A stretch of DNA of 64,000 bases from an uncultured Candidatus Saccharibacteria bacterium (GCA_964374065.1 CAYJWW010000002.1:4153-68152), one strand, 5' to 3'. Positions 28,681 through 38,350 are shown, counted from the first letter of the stretch. A program made the numbers and translations. Notes: generated by a model not told the origin, from the letters alone.

Positions 28681-30414
28681 CTACCCGAGAATATTTTCTT
28701 CGGTGCTTCGGAACACCTCCTCCATCGCCACTTGTCCTTCGAGCGCCTTCAGCACGCCGTCGCCGCGAAGATCGATCATCCCCTGCGCTTTCGCTTCCTT
28801 CAAGATTTTCTGCAGCGAGGGCGCGGATTGGATGACTGCTTCGAGTCCGGGTGTCATCTGGAGCACCTCATAGATCGCGATGCGTCCTACGACTCCCCGA
28901 TTATTGCATTTCGCGCAACCCTCGGCGTGAAATATCATGTACGGTTCCTTGTATTTTCCCGCCAGCTCCGGAGGGAGCCCTTCCAACGCCTTGCGGATCG
29001 CCTGCGCGAGCGGAGGAGGCGCTTCGTCTGAGCGTTTACAGCCCGGGCATAGAAGTCCCACCAGCCGCTGAGACAGCAAAAGATTCAAAGTCACGGGCAG
29101 CAAGAACGGCTCTATTTTCATGTCCAAGAGGCGCGGGATCACGCCGGCGGCATTATTCGTGTGGAGCGTGGAAAGCACGATGTGGCCCGTGAGCGCCGCC
29201 TGCACGGCGAGCGCCGCCGTCTCGTTGTCGCGGATCTCGCCCACCATTATCACGTCCGGGTCCTGCCGCAAAATCTGCCGCAGGCCGGAAGCGAAATCGT
29301 ACCCGATCTCGGGACGCACTTGCGACTGATTCACGCCCGACACGAAATATTCCACCGGATCTTCGAGGCTCACGATATTCACGTTCTCCTTGTTTAGCGT
29401 CTGCAGGAGCGCGTAGAGCGTCGTGGTCTTCCCGGAACCGGTGGGGCCGGTGATCAAGATCATACCGAAGGGTTTTTCGAGGCCGGCCTGGACGATCTCT
29501 AAGTTTTTGCCTACGAGCCCCAAGTCATTGAAGCTTTTAAGGCCCGTTGTGGGGTCGAGCACTCGAATCGCGACTTTTTCGCCCAAGGGCGTAGGGAAAG
29601 TTGCGACGCGGAAATCCACTTCGCGGTCGAGTATCCGCGCGCGGAATCGTCCGTCCTGCGGGACCCGCGTCTCATCGATCTTCAGGCTCGAGAGCACTTT
29701 GATGCGCGAGACGACCGGTTGCGCCAACTGGAGCGGCAGCGCCGCGCCTTCCTGCAAATCTCCGTCAATCCGGAACCTGATCCGGAGGTGCGTTTGCTGC
29801 GGCTCTATATGAATGTCGGATGCGCCATTCTGCGTCGCTTCCTTAAGCGTATCTGAGACGATCTTGATAATCGGCGCTTCTTCCCCGCCTTTCATTGACT
29901 CGTCCTCGAGTTGAACGATCCGCCTTCCCGCCTCGCCTTTCACTTGCACGGAACGGACCGCGGCTTCGATGGAACTTTTATACGGAGAGTATCGCCGGAG
30001 AATCTCCTGCCAATCGCCCCACCCGATGAGATATATGCCCAAGGTAACGCGCGAACGGTTCGCGATGAACTTAAGGGCTTCCTGGGCCTTTACATCGTCG
30101 GGGTTCACCATCCCCGCGATAAGCATTTCCCCCTGCTGCGCCAAGGGCGCCACCCCGTATGTTCTCACCGTTTCCTCGGGGATCAATTCGATAACCTTGG
30201 GATCGTATCCCTCGAAGTTTACTTTTTGGTAGGGCACACCGAGTATCTGGCTTTTGACCTCGGCGATTTTCGCATCATCCAGAAGCCCTCGGTCATGGAT
30301 CAGGTCTTCCGCGCTCCTGCCGGAGAGGAGCGCTTCTCGCTTCAGCTTGACAATAGCGTTCGGTTCGAGAAGTCGCCGCGATTGGAGTTCATTGAAGAGC
30401 TGGTCGGAGGTCAT
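28681..30414 (-). CDS. pilB: type IV pilus assembly (extension) ATPase PilB/GspE
   Basis: 577 aa; GSPII-E N-domain, Walker A GPTGSGKTTT and a tetra-Cys motif CPGC...CAKC. Confidence 0.85.
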   Translation of the reverse strand: MTSDQLFNELQSRRLLEPNAIVKLKREALLSGRSAEDLIHDRGLLDDAKIAEVKSQILGVPYQKVNFEGYDPKVIELIPEETVRTYGVAPLAQQGEMLIAGMVNPDDVKAQEALKFIANRSRVTLGIYLIGWGDWQEILRRYSPYKSSIEAAVRSVQVKGEAGRRIVQLEDESMKGGEEAPIIKIVSDTLKEATQNGASDIHIEPQQTHLRIRFRIDGDLQEGAALPLQLAQPVVSRIKVLSSLKIDETRVPQDGRFRARILDREVDFRVATFPTPLGEKVAIRVLDPTTGLKSFNDLGLVGKNLEIVQAGLEKPFGMILITGPTGSGKTTTLYALLQTLNKENVNIVSLEDPVEYFVSGVNQSQVRPEIGYDFASGLRQILRQDPDVIMVGEIRDNETAALAVQAALTGHIVLSTLHTNNAAGVIPRLLDMKIEPFLLPVTLNLLLSQRLVGLLCPGCKRSDEAPPPLAQAIRKALEGLPPELAGKYKEPYMIFHAEGCAKCNNRGVVGRIAIYEVLQMTPGLEAVIQSAPSLQKILKEAKAQGMIDLRGDGVLKALEGQVAMEEVFRSTEENILG

Positions 30415-30487
30415 AATTAAATAAGCCTTGAGCGCGTGCGTTCAGCCTATAGTCTACGACACTTTCCCGGCTGCGAACAGCTTGGAG

Positions 30488-30781
30488 CTACTGCCCAAGG
30501 AACGGGTTCAGTTTCCCCATATCGCGCGGGATGGACGGGGTGATATACGGCTTCAAGGCTTGAAAACGAGGGTCGTTCACTACATCCTCCGGACTCAAAT
30601 CGATATTCAGGAGCTTTTCCGTGCTCCGGAAGTTCGCCGGCGCCGCAATCTCGATGAGCGTGGGTTTCTTGAAGAAAATATAGTACGCGGCCGCGGCAAT
30701 AATGGCTACGATAACAAGCCAGATCAGAAAGTTCATGAGCATCCCTTTGTCTTTCCCTTCTTCGCTGATGACGATTGCCAT
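30488..30781 (-). CDS. small membrane protein (hypothetical; possibly a pilus assembly accessory protein)
   Basis: 97 aa with one TM helix (LIWLVIVAIIAAAAYYIFF), lying between pilO and pilB. Confidence 0.4.
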   Translation of the reverse strand: MAIVISEEGKDKGMLMNFLIWLVIVAIIAAAAYYIFFKKPTLIEIAAPANFRSTEKLLNIDLSPEDVVNDPRFQALKPYITPSIPRDMGKLNPFLGQ

Positions 30782-30789
30782 GGTGGTAT

Positions 30790-31374
30790 CTACGGGTTCT
30801 GGTAGTATGTCACGACCGCCATGTCGTAGGCGAAGAGATCCTGGTTGGGCTTTCCGGCCGGCTGCACAGTGATCGTCCGCAGATCGAAGATGCGGATGTT
30901 CGTTTCGACGTTCTTCAGAAACTTTTTCATATCGTCATATGCGCCCACGAGGCGCATCTGGATCGTCAGCATGCCGATCGGTTTTATGAGAGTATTCGCG
31001 TCTTTGGGGTCGCTCCCCTTGAGATTCTGGAACGCTTCGGTGGAGACCGCGAATGATTGGGGCACAAGCCCGTTCGCCGTCGCCATGCCGCTCAACTGTG
31101 CGATCGCCTGCGCGGCTTCCGGCTTAAGCGGCAGCACCAGAGAAACGACTTCCTGGATCTTTTCGTTGCCTTGGTACGCGCTCACCAGCTGCTTCACTCG
31201 CTCGATCACTTCCCGCTGTTTCCCGACGAACGCGCGGCGGCTCGCCTCCTCTCCCCGAATCCGCAGCGATTCCTGATATGCGGGCTGGATGAAATCGAAG
31301 AACAGCACGAATGCCGATACGATGAACACAAGGGCGAGCACCGAACTGAAAAGCCGCTTGGTGGATTGTTTCAT
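30790..31374 (-). CDS. pilO: PilO-like pilus assembly protein
   Basis: 194 aa with an N-terminal TM helix and coiled-coil. Assigned by its position after pilM and pilN. Confidence 0.5.
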   Translation of the reverse strand: MKQSTKRLFSSVLALVFIVSAFVLFFDFIQPAYQESLRIRGEEASRRAFVGKQREVIERVKQLVSAYQGNEKIQEVVSLVLPLKPEAAQAIAQLSGMATANGLVPQSFAVSTEAFQNLKGSDPKDANTLIKPIGMLTIQMRLVGAYDDMKKFLKNVETNIRIFDLRTITVQPAGKPNQDLFAYDMAVVTYYQNP

Positions 31375-31967
31375 TGGTTCGTTGAGGTTGCCGCCGTTAC
31401 GCCATCCGTTTCCGGCGACGCACCCTTAAAAATACCGGGCTTCAAAAATACCGAGAGGTCGAATTGCCACAGGCCCGCGTTTCCCAGGGTCATGCTGTTT
31501 AAATTCACTCGATCCACTTCTGCTTGCTGTTCCAAAAACCCGGTTTGTTCCGCAATGTCGTTCGCCGATTTCGCGGTCCCTCCAAGTGAAAGCTCTCGAC
31601 CGCCGACATTCAGCACGAACTTCGTGTACGTGACGTTCTTATGCGTTGAACGCTCGAGCCAATCGAAAAGCGGGGAGGCGAGCGCGTGCCGGTCGAGAAG
31701 CGTCTTCAGGTTCGCGAGCTGGGAATAGAACGCGATGATCTTCGCCTGATCGTCAAATGGAATTTCCTGGCTGAACGTCTGAATTTGCAGGTCAAGCTTG
31801 TCGACCATGGACTGAAGGAAAGGTCCGTATCCGAACACGAGCCCGATGTGCACGAAAAGCGCGATAAGGAATATCGTCCCCGAAAACATAAGAAGCCGGC
31901 TCGACCACCCGGGGGTACGAACCGGCTCCCGCGCAAGTTGCTCGATGGCTTTTGGAGGAAGTGGCAT
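31371..31967 (-). CDS. pilN: PilN-like pilus assembly protein
   Basis: 198 aa with a short cytoplasmic N-terminus, TM helix and periplasmic coiled-coil. Overlaps pilM and pilO by 4 nt each. Confidence 0.5.
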   Translation of the reverse strand: MPLPPKAIEQLAREPVRTPGWSSRLLMFSGTIFLIALFVHIGLVFGYGPFLQSMVDKLDLQIQTFSQEIPFDDQAKIIAFYSQLANLKTLLDRHALASPLFDWLERSTHKNVTYTKFVLNVGGRELSLGGTAKSANDIAEQTGFLEQQAEVDRVNLNSMTLGNAGLWQFDLSVFLKPGIFKGASPETDGVTAATSTNQ

Positions 31968-31968
31968 G

Positions 31969-33087
31969 CTAAGAAAATTCTTTAAGTGCGAGTCCCAACG
32001 CGACGCTCATCGACGGGTTGAGCTCCCCGACAAGCGGCTCGATGACGGGAGCGTACTCGAACCGGAGGAACGGGGTCGCTTTCACGGTGGGCATCCCGAA
32101 CTGCTGCGCCGCATATTTCTCGATGCCCAGTAGATTTGCTCCGCCGCCCGAGAGTATCACGCGTTCGATTCGAGGCACGGAAACCAGCTGGTTCGCATAG
32201 TTGACCAGCGCCCGCTTCACCTCCCCAATGATAACATCCAGAAAAGGCAGCATTATTGTGGATAACTCGTAATCTGCGCCCGATCCTGATATGCCTCGCT
32301 CGCGCTTGAGTTCCTCCGCACGGAGCGGATTGATATTCAGGCTCGAGGCAAGCGCTTGCGTAAGCGATGCGCCCGCATAATCGGTCTGCGCAGTGTATTT
32401 GAGCTGTCCCTTATCCACGACCGCGATTGCGGTGGATCGGCTTCCTATATCTACGATGCACGTAGGCGTCGGGTCCGCTCCCACAAGGCTCCTTGCAAGC
32501 CCAAGCGCCTCGATCTCAAGCGACATGAGCGTAAGGCCCGCCGCGGAAAAAATCTTCTGATATTTACGGATCGTCTCCTGTGGAACCGAAATAAGAAGCA
32601 GCTGCTGCATGCGCGCGCCGGACGCGTCTTCATACTCGCCCACCTTAAGCCAATCTATCGCCACTTCGGATATGGGCAGAGGGATATACTGCTTCGCCTG
32701 ATAGGACATCGCCTCTCCGATCTCGCCCTTGGACATCTCGGGAAAGTTCAAAACCGTAATGAATGAAGCGAATCCGGGGAGCGACGCCACCACCGCGTTC
32801 GCCTTCGGCTTCATCCGGCGCAAGGCCTCCTTCAGATACTCGGCGATTTCCTGATCGAACAGCTTTAGGCTGCTCGTCTGGAACGCGGTGTTCGATCGAG
32901 TGAGCGATCCCTGACTCTCGAGAAATGCGTAATTCACGAGCCGCGGGAGCTCTTTCGCTTTGTCCACCTCGACGATTTTCAGCGAGGTCGTCCCTATATC
33001 GACGCCGAGGTAAGATGGCCTGATCTCCTGCTTGAGTATATTGAAGAAATTAATCGCCGAGAGCGGATTGCGCATTTCTTTACGCAT
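31969..33087 (-). CDS. pilM: type IV pilus assembly ATPase-fold protein PilM (actin-like)
   Basis: YLGVDIGTTSLKIVEV phosphate-1 motif and actin/FtsA-like fold length (372 aa). Confidence 0.8.
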   Translation of the reverse strand: MRKEMRNPLSAINFFNILKQEIRPSYLGVDIGTTSLKIVEVDKAKELPRLVNYAFLESQGSLTRSNTAFQTSSLKLFDQEIAEYLKEALRRMKPKANAVVASLPGFASFITVLNFPEMSKGEIGEAMSYQAKQYIPLPISEVAIDWLKVGEYEDASGARMQQLLLISVPQETIRKYQKIFSAAGLTLMSLEIEALGLARSLVGADPTPTCIVDIGSRSTAIAVVDKGQLKYTAQTDYAGASLTQALASSLNINPLRAEELKRERGISGSGADYELSTIMLPFLDVIIGEVKRALVNYANQLVSVPRIERVILSGGGANLLGIEKYAAQQFGMPTVKATPFLRFEYAPVIEPLVGELNPSMSVALGLALKEFS

Positions 33088-33116
33088 CAGTATACCATTA
33101 ATGGAAACGCGGTCTT

Positions 33117-33809
33117 ATGGCTTTCCGGGACGCAATTCTCGACTCGATATTCCCATCCCGATGCGCGGGCTGTTCAATAACGCTCACTTCCCCGAAGACG
33201 GTATGTGACGCCTGCTTTGCCGCGATCCCGCTTCATGCGGCCACTTTCTGCGCCGAATGCGGCGCGCGTGTGCCGTCGCAAAATCCGATCTGCCACCGCT
33301 CCGCTCCCTATCGCCTCGGCGCCGCCACGGATTATGAGAACAAACTCGTGCGCGCCTTGATCCACGACCTCAAGTTTAAATGGGTGCGGAACGCCGCGCT
33401 CCCGCTGGGCGAATTACTCGCGGCATACGCGGCGCGGGCGGGGCTGCGGCTCGAGGGAATGGTGGTAGTCCCGGTTCCTCTGGGAACAGTGCGGGAACGG
33501 CAACGCGGGTTCAACCAGGCCGCATTGATCGCCGCGCCTTTTGCCGTTCGTTTCGGAATTGCGGCCGCGGAAGGTGTGATCGCGAGGGTGCGCGAAACAA
33601 AACCCCAGAGCGACACGCAATCCCGGAACGAGAGAAAAGAGAATATCGCAGGGTGCTTCCGCGTCGCGCGGGCGGAGCCGATAGCGGGAAAACGGGTCAT
33701 ACTTGTCGACGACGTCACCACTTCCGGCGCCACATTCCGCGAAGCCGCGACCGCGCTTAAGCGATCCGGGGCGCGAAGCGTACTCGCGCTCGCCGTGGCG
33801 AAAACATAA
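33117..33809 (+). CDS. comFC: ComF family competence protein (phosphoribosyltransferase domain)
   Basis: N-terminal Cys4 zinc finger (CAGC...CDAC...CAEC) and C-terminal PRTase motif VILVDDVTTSGAT. Confidence 0.75.
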   Translation: MAFRDAILDSIFPSRCAGCSITLTSPKTVCDACFAAIPLHAATFCAECGARVPSQNPICHRSAPYRLGAATDYENKLVRALIHDLKFKWVRNAALPLGELLAAYAARAGLRLEGMVVVPVPLGTVRERQRGFNQAALIAAPFAVRFGIAAAEGVIARVRETKPQSDTQSRNERKENIAGCFRVARAEPIAGKRVILVDDVTTSGATFREAATALKRSGARSVLALAVAKT

Positions 33810-34155
33810 CAAGTTTTTTTCCGAACGGGCCGCTCCAGACGGGCCTCGCGCAACCTCAGAGACTGTTCTGGGGCATATTTACGACTGCGCTCGAACCTAC
33901 TTTATCAAATTTATCTTTTAATTCCTGAAGCTCTTTTATCTTGTCTTGGGCCTCCGATTTATTGTTCCAATTCTTGAATTTTTTTCTTTACTTTATCCAT
34001 AAGATTAAGTCTTCGGCACGGCCAAAAATTCCTTTCAATGGAGTAGGTGGCCCGAATAAAACCTAATCCTTATGAGCGGAGAGGAAGTCGAGCTTCGTGG
34101 TGTTATCGAGAAATTAGTCGCGCACACCGCTCTCTGAATCCTGCGCGTTAAGAAT

Positions 34156-34187
34156 TAAAAAAGCCCGGTCACGCGATGTGACCGGGC
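34156..34187 (-). terminator. intrinsic terminator for the 34212-35039 gene
   Basis: 10-bp GC-rich stem GCCCGGTCAC/GTGACCGGGC with a 5-nt loop, followed on the minus strand by TTTTTTAA. Confidence 0.55.
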
Positions 34188-34211
34188 CTGATGCGCACTT
34201 CTCGGCGCTAC

Positions 34212-35039
34212 CTACTCAGTTGGGGTTTCCCCCACCGCCTGAGCTTTCTTGGCCTCACGCTCAGCCTTCTCGGCCTTGCGCTTAGCAATCCTTTTCGTTT
34301 CCTGCTCGTCAAACCTCTGACGAGCCGCCGAGGAGACGCTTTCCTCCTGGCGCAGAGTCCCATCCTGCTGAAGGACGAGACGGGTCATTTCCCCGTACGC
34401 GCCGAACACGTAGATTTCCGCTCCGGGAGAGGCATAGAGGTAGTCCTCTCTCCAGATTGGAATGTCCGTAGTCGGCACGCGGTCCCTTGAGACCGCCCAC
34501 TTGATGTGCTTGACTAGCCCGCGAAGGCCGGTCGGCACAGTCTCACCTTCGATGGTCACGGATTCGTCGGCTTCCACCGACGCAATCTCGAGCGTGCCAT
34601 CGTCGATAAGGTACCCATGGGCTGTGGGGAGCTTCCCCTCCCTCTGAAGACGGTCGTACACTTCCAGCGCTATCCGAGGGTTAGTCGGAAGGCCGGTCTG
34701 TACAAGGATCTGGTGCTTGCCGTCACCAGCCGGGGCAGTGATGAAGTGCTGCCTACCGATCGTTTCCACGCTTCCCTTGACGAACCGTCCGTGCCTGAAT
34801 TCGGGCGGAGAGTCCTGACTCCCCAACAACGTCTGCGACCCCTTGAGGGGTTTGAACGTCGGATGCTCGCGACCGTCCCGGTCGACAACGATGTTCCGTT
34901 GCCGCGCTCCGAGAATGACGCCACGCCGCGGATGGTTGCCTGGTTTATATATGTAAGGGGCGTTAACCCCCTCTACAAGCTTCCCACCGTTGACACCGAA
35001 TGACAGAAACGACATGCTCGCCGGGTTTTTTGGGGCCAT
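34212..35039 (-). CDS. hypothetical protein with a charged Lys/Glu/Ala-rich C-terminal tail
   Basis: 275-aa ORF flanked on both sides by AT-rich non-coding DNA. No recognisable family. Confidence 0.45.
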   Translation of the reverse strand: MAPKNPASMSFLSFGVNGGKLVEGVNAPYIYKPGNHPRRGVILGARQRNIVVDRDGREHPTFKPLKGSQTLLGSQDSPPEFRHGRFVKGSVETIGRQHFITAPAGDGKHQILVQTGLPTNPRIALEVYDRLQREGKLPTAHGYLIDDGTLEIASVEADESVTIEGETVPTGLRGLVKHIKWAVSRDRVPTTDIPIWREDYLYASPGAEIYVFGAYGEMTRLVLQQDGTLRQEESVSSAARQRFDEQETKRIAKRKAEKAEREAKKAQAVGETPTE

Positions 35040-35400
35040 CTGGCCCTCCTTTTTGCTGCTGTTGGTTCGACGGGTTGCCCCGGATCCAGCAGCTCAAAAC
35101 CCAGAACAACTTAGTAAACTCAGGTTAATGTAAGTACACTAAGCTGTTCTGGATTATTTACGATTCTTTTGAAACTGTAGCATATCGTGTTTATCTTGTC
35201 AAGGGTCCGGGGTAGCGTGCGCACAGATATGATGATTTTTCACACAATAGAAGAAATAAGTATATAGCCGAATTGCCCTCGTAAAAGGCATTTAATTCAT
35301 CCTTGTGGCCGAAGATGGGAATCGATTTTCTTTAGAAAATCCCGAGGAACCAGACTTCCTTACGAAATCGCCGGCACAAGGCCGGCGATTTCATTATGTG

Positions 35401-35471
35401 AGCGGGATACGAGAATCGAACTCGCGTCTCCTCCTTGGCAAGGAGGTGTACTGCCACTGTACTAATCCCGC
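35401..35471 (-). tRNA. tRNA-Gly (anticodon GCC)
   Basis: Acceptor GCGGGAT/ATCCCGC, anticodon stem-loop CCTCC-TTGCCAA-GGAGG, T-loop TTCGATT; 71 nt; CCA not encoded. Confidence 0.85.
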
Positions 35472-35483
35472 TTCATTCCCCTG

Positions 35484-35555
35484 CGTCCCCGAGAGGATTC
35501 GAACCCCTATTACAAGCTCCGCAAGCTTGCGTCCTATCCGTTGAACGACGGGGAC
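35484..35555 (-). tRNA. tRNA-Arg with apparent anticodon GCG (unusual); CCA not encoded
   Basis: Acceptor GTCCCCG/CGGGGAC, D-stem GTTC/GGAC, anticodon stem-loop CAAGC-TTGCGGA-GCTTG, T-arm AGGGG-TTCGAAT-CCTCT. The fold was done by hand. Confidence 0.65.
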
Positions 35556-35564
35556 AGTCGCACC

Positions 35565-36059
35565 CTAAAATCTCAAAAATCTTTCGAGGACATCGGCAAG
35601 CGATTCCTCGCGTTCCGCTTCGGGCACCGATTCTCGAAAAGCATTTCGCACCTCTTCGAGCTGCGCGCGGGGCACATTGATGCGCAGAAGCGTCCGGAAT
35701 TTCGCTTTGAACCGTATCACGATATCCGGCCATTCTCCCTCCTCGCGGTCATCGAAACTCACATGATCGATATCGTGAAGAGGATAGAACTTTTCCCCGC
35801 CAATCGTCAAACCTTTGGGCGTGAGAATGAATTCGACGTGTTCCGGTTTCCGGTCGCCCCATACGAGAACGAGGATCTCGGCGACGATCACGAAGATCAT
35901 GAAAAGGAAGTTTCGTTCCCAGACGGCAAACCCCAAAATGAGGACCGCGACAACAATGGTTTGCCAATACCACGACGCGCTCTTCTCGCGATAATCGAAC
36001 TCCGGCGCCACCCATTTCACTTCGGCTTGGGTCATCGTTCCATTATACCCGATATTCAC
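35565..36059 (-). CDS. membrane protein (hypothetical, PH-like/DUF304-type topology)
   Basis: 164 aa with two adjacent TM helices followed by a soluble domain. Confidence 0.45.
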   Translation of the reverse strand: MNIGYNGTMTQAEVKWVAPEFDYREKSASWYWQTIVVAVLILGFAVWERNFLFMIFVIVAEILVLVWGDRKPEHVEFILTPKGLTIGGEKFYPLHDIDHVSFDDREEGEWPDIVIRFKAKFRTLLRINVPRAQLEEVRNAFRESVPEAEREESLADVLERFLRF

Positions 36060-37165
36060 CGAGATGCCCTAAGCGTTTGTTCTTTCCGGAACCGCTCGAA
36101 CGCAAGTCCGATCAGTTTATCAAGAAGCGTGGAGTACGAAACCCCGCTTGATTCCCAGAGCTTCGGATACATGCTGATCGCGGTAAATCCCGGTATGGTA
36201 TTGATCTCGCTCACGAGCACGCGGCCGTTCTTTGTGAGAAAAAAGTCCACGCGCCCCATTCCTTCGCAATTCAAAACGCGGTATGCCCTGATCGCGGTGC
36301 TTTGGATATGCTTCGCGACTGTCACCGGGAGCCTTGCCGGGATCTCAAGCGCGGCCCCGTTCTCATCGATATATTTCGCTTCGTACGAATAGAACTCATG
36401 CCTCGGGATTACCTCGCCCGGCACGGACGCGGTCGGCTTTTCGTTCCCGAGAACCGAGCATTCGATCTCTCTTCCCGCAACCGCCTCCTCGATGATAATT
36501 TTTGAATCGTACCGGAACGCTTCTCGCAGCGCGCTCGTAAACTCTTTTTCGTTTCTCACCTTATTGATCCCCACCGAAGAACCGAGGTTCGCCGGCTTTA
36601 CGAAAAGCGGTAACCCCAAGGAAGCGGCGGTCCGGCGGAACGAGAAGGGTTCGCCTTTGCGCAGCACTGCGAATTTTTGCGTTGGAATCCCGGCTTCCCT
36701 GAGCAGCCGTTTCATCACGTCTTTATCCATGCCGACCGCGGAACCCAACACTCCCGCCCCGACGAAGGGAACCCCCGCGAGCTTCAGGAGCCCTTGAATG
36801 CTCCCGTCTTCCCCGTACGGTCCGTGGAGCACCGGGAATACCACATCCACCCTCCCGCGAACGGCTCCGCTTCGAACCTCCGCAAGCGCCCCGGAACTTT
36901 GCGCGACGAGCGATACTTCCCTGTCTGACTTATTCAGCTTTATGAGCTTCGGATCCTTGTCGTGCAAAAGATAATTCGCCGTAGCGGCGAGCATCCACTT
37001 TCCCGCTTTATTGATGCCGATCGGCACCACGTCATATTTCTTCTTGTCGAGCGCTTCGATGACGTTTTTAGCGGATTGGAGCGACACCTCGTGCTCCGCC
37101 GATTTCCCGCCGAAAAGAACCGCGACTTTCAGCTTCTTTTTCATCTCGGTTTGAGCGTACCACAA
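36056..37165 (-). CDS. ddl: D-alanine--D-alanine ligase
   Basis: ATP-grasp enzyme with FPVLHGPYGEDGSIQGLLKLAGVPFVG and a C-terminal EINTIPGFT motif; 369 aa. Confidence 0.85.
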   Translation of the reverse strand: MWYAQTEMKKKLKVAVLFGGKSAEHEVSLQSAKNVIEALDKKKYDVVPIGINKAGKWMLAATANYLLHDKDPKLIKLNKSDREVSLVAQSSGALAEVRSGAVRGRVDVVFPVLHGPYGEDGSIQGLLKLAGVPFVGAGVLGSAVGMDKDVMKRLLREAGIPTQKFAVLRKGEPFSFRRTAASLGLPLFVKPANLGSSVGINKVRNEKEFTSALREAFRYDSKIIIEEAVAGREIECSVLGNEKPTASVPGEVIPRHEFYSYEAKYIDENGAALEIPARLPVTVAKHIQSTAIRAYRVLNCEGMGRVDFFLTKNGRVLVSEINTIPGFTAISMYPKLWESSGVSYSTLLDKLIGLAFERFRKEQTLRASR

Positions 37166-37226
37166 GAGAAGGACTTTGAACTAAAACGCGGATGGGGCCT
37201 AAATTGACGGAATCTCCCGCTTCGGT

Positions 37227-37835
37227 ATGATATGCTCAAAGGGCAACGGGCCCTTTTTTAGCTCACGTAACCAAAACCCGCCCTATTCGTTTTCCATGTT
37301 AGACGGTGAGAAAAACTTGATCGAATATGCCGTCAGGGGTGAGGCCTCTGCCTTCGGCTCGCTCTACGACCACTACCATCCGAAAATATACCGGTTCGTA
37401 TTGATCAAGGTGGGCCGTCGTGAGGAGGCAGAGGATCTCACGCACCAGGTTTTCTTGAGCGCCTGGCTCAACATCGGCACCTATCGCGACTTTGGATATC
37501 CTTTCTCGAGCTGGCTCTACCAGATCGCGCGGAATCAAGTCATCGACTTTTATCGAACGAGAAAACAGGACCTCTCGATCGAAGAAGTTGACCCGGAATA
37601 TTTCGCGCAAGCGGCCGATCACCAGTCGACCGTGGACCAGAACCTGAAGCTCGAAAAGGTGAAGCGCGCGATCCGTGCGTTGAAGCCGGAATATCAGGAC
37701 GTGGTGCTTATGAGGTTCGTCGAGGATCTTTCTTTAAGAGAAGTTGCGGCCGCACTGCAGAAAACCGAAGGCGCCGTGAAGCTCATGCAACACCGGGCAA
37801 TGCGCCAATTAAAAAACGCCTTAGGCGCCGAATGA
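37227..37835 (+). CDS. ECF-type RNA polymerase sigma factor (sigma-70 regions 2 and 4)
   Basis: Region 2 (FxxIxxY...SWLYQIARN) and region 4 HTH (LSLREVAAALQKTEGAVKLMQHRA). Confidence 0.75.
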   Translation: MICSKGNGPFFSSRNQNPPYSFSMLDGEKNLIEYAVRGEASAFGSLYDHYHPKIYRFVLIKVGRREEAEDLTHQVFLSAWLNIGTYRDFGYPFSSWLYQIARNQVIDFYRTRKQDLSIEEVDPEYFAQAADHQSTVDQNLKLEKVKRAIRALKPEYQDVVLMRFVEDLSLREVAAALQKTEGAVKLMQHRAMRQLKNALGAE

Positions 37836-37836
37836 C

Positions 37837-38349
37837 ATGGAACTGGAAAAACTATTACGACAACTACAAAGCATAAAGCCCGACGCGGACTGCGCGCGGC
37901 GGTCGCGCCATGCCATTTTAGGCACGTCTACGCGGAATACTCCCGTGTTCCCCTATCTCGTGCGGTGGGTCGTTCAGGGGTTCCAAGCGGGGTCTTCCGT
38001 GGTCCTTGCGATCCTTCTTTTTATCGTAGTGGTTGGCGGCTTCTCGGTTTGGAGCGCCATTACCCCTTTCAATCTTGCAAGCCTTGACCCCAAGAGCCTC
38101 CGCGCCGAGGCCGAAGCGGTTGATATTCAGATCCAGCTTGCTCAGATCGCATATAGCGAACCCGCCCGCCTCGCCGAAACGACTACGCCGACGATGGCGA
38201 TGCCCCTTGCCCCCTCTAGTCCCATAAAGAAAGGCGTCAAAGAGGAAGCGCTAAAACAAGCCAAAGACCTTGGCCTGACGCCGGCAACCTCATCGGAAGA
38301 GATTGCTCCGATCGGCATCGACGAAGCGCTCGAAGGGCTCGCAGAATAA
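37837..38349 (+). CDS. putative anti-sigma factor (single-pass membrane protein)
   Basis: Starts 2 nt after the sigma factor stop; 170 aa with a central TM helix. Assignment rests on context. Confidence 0.4.
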   Translation: MELEKLLRQLQSIKPDADCARRSRHAILGTSTRNTPVFPYLVRWVVQGFQAGSSVVLAILLFIVVVGGFSVWSAITPFNLASLDPKSLRAEAEAVDIQIQLAQIAYSEPARLAETTTPTMAMPLAPSSPIKKGVKEEALKQAKDLGLTPATSSEEIAPIGIDEALEGLAE

Positions 38350-38350
38350 T

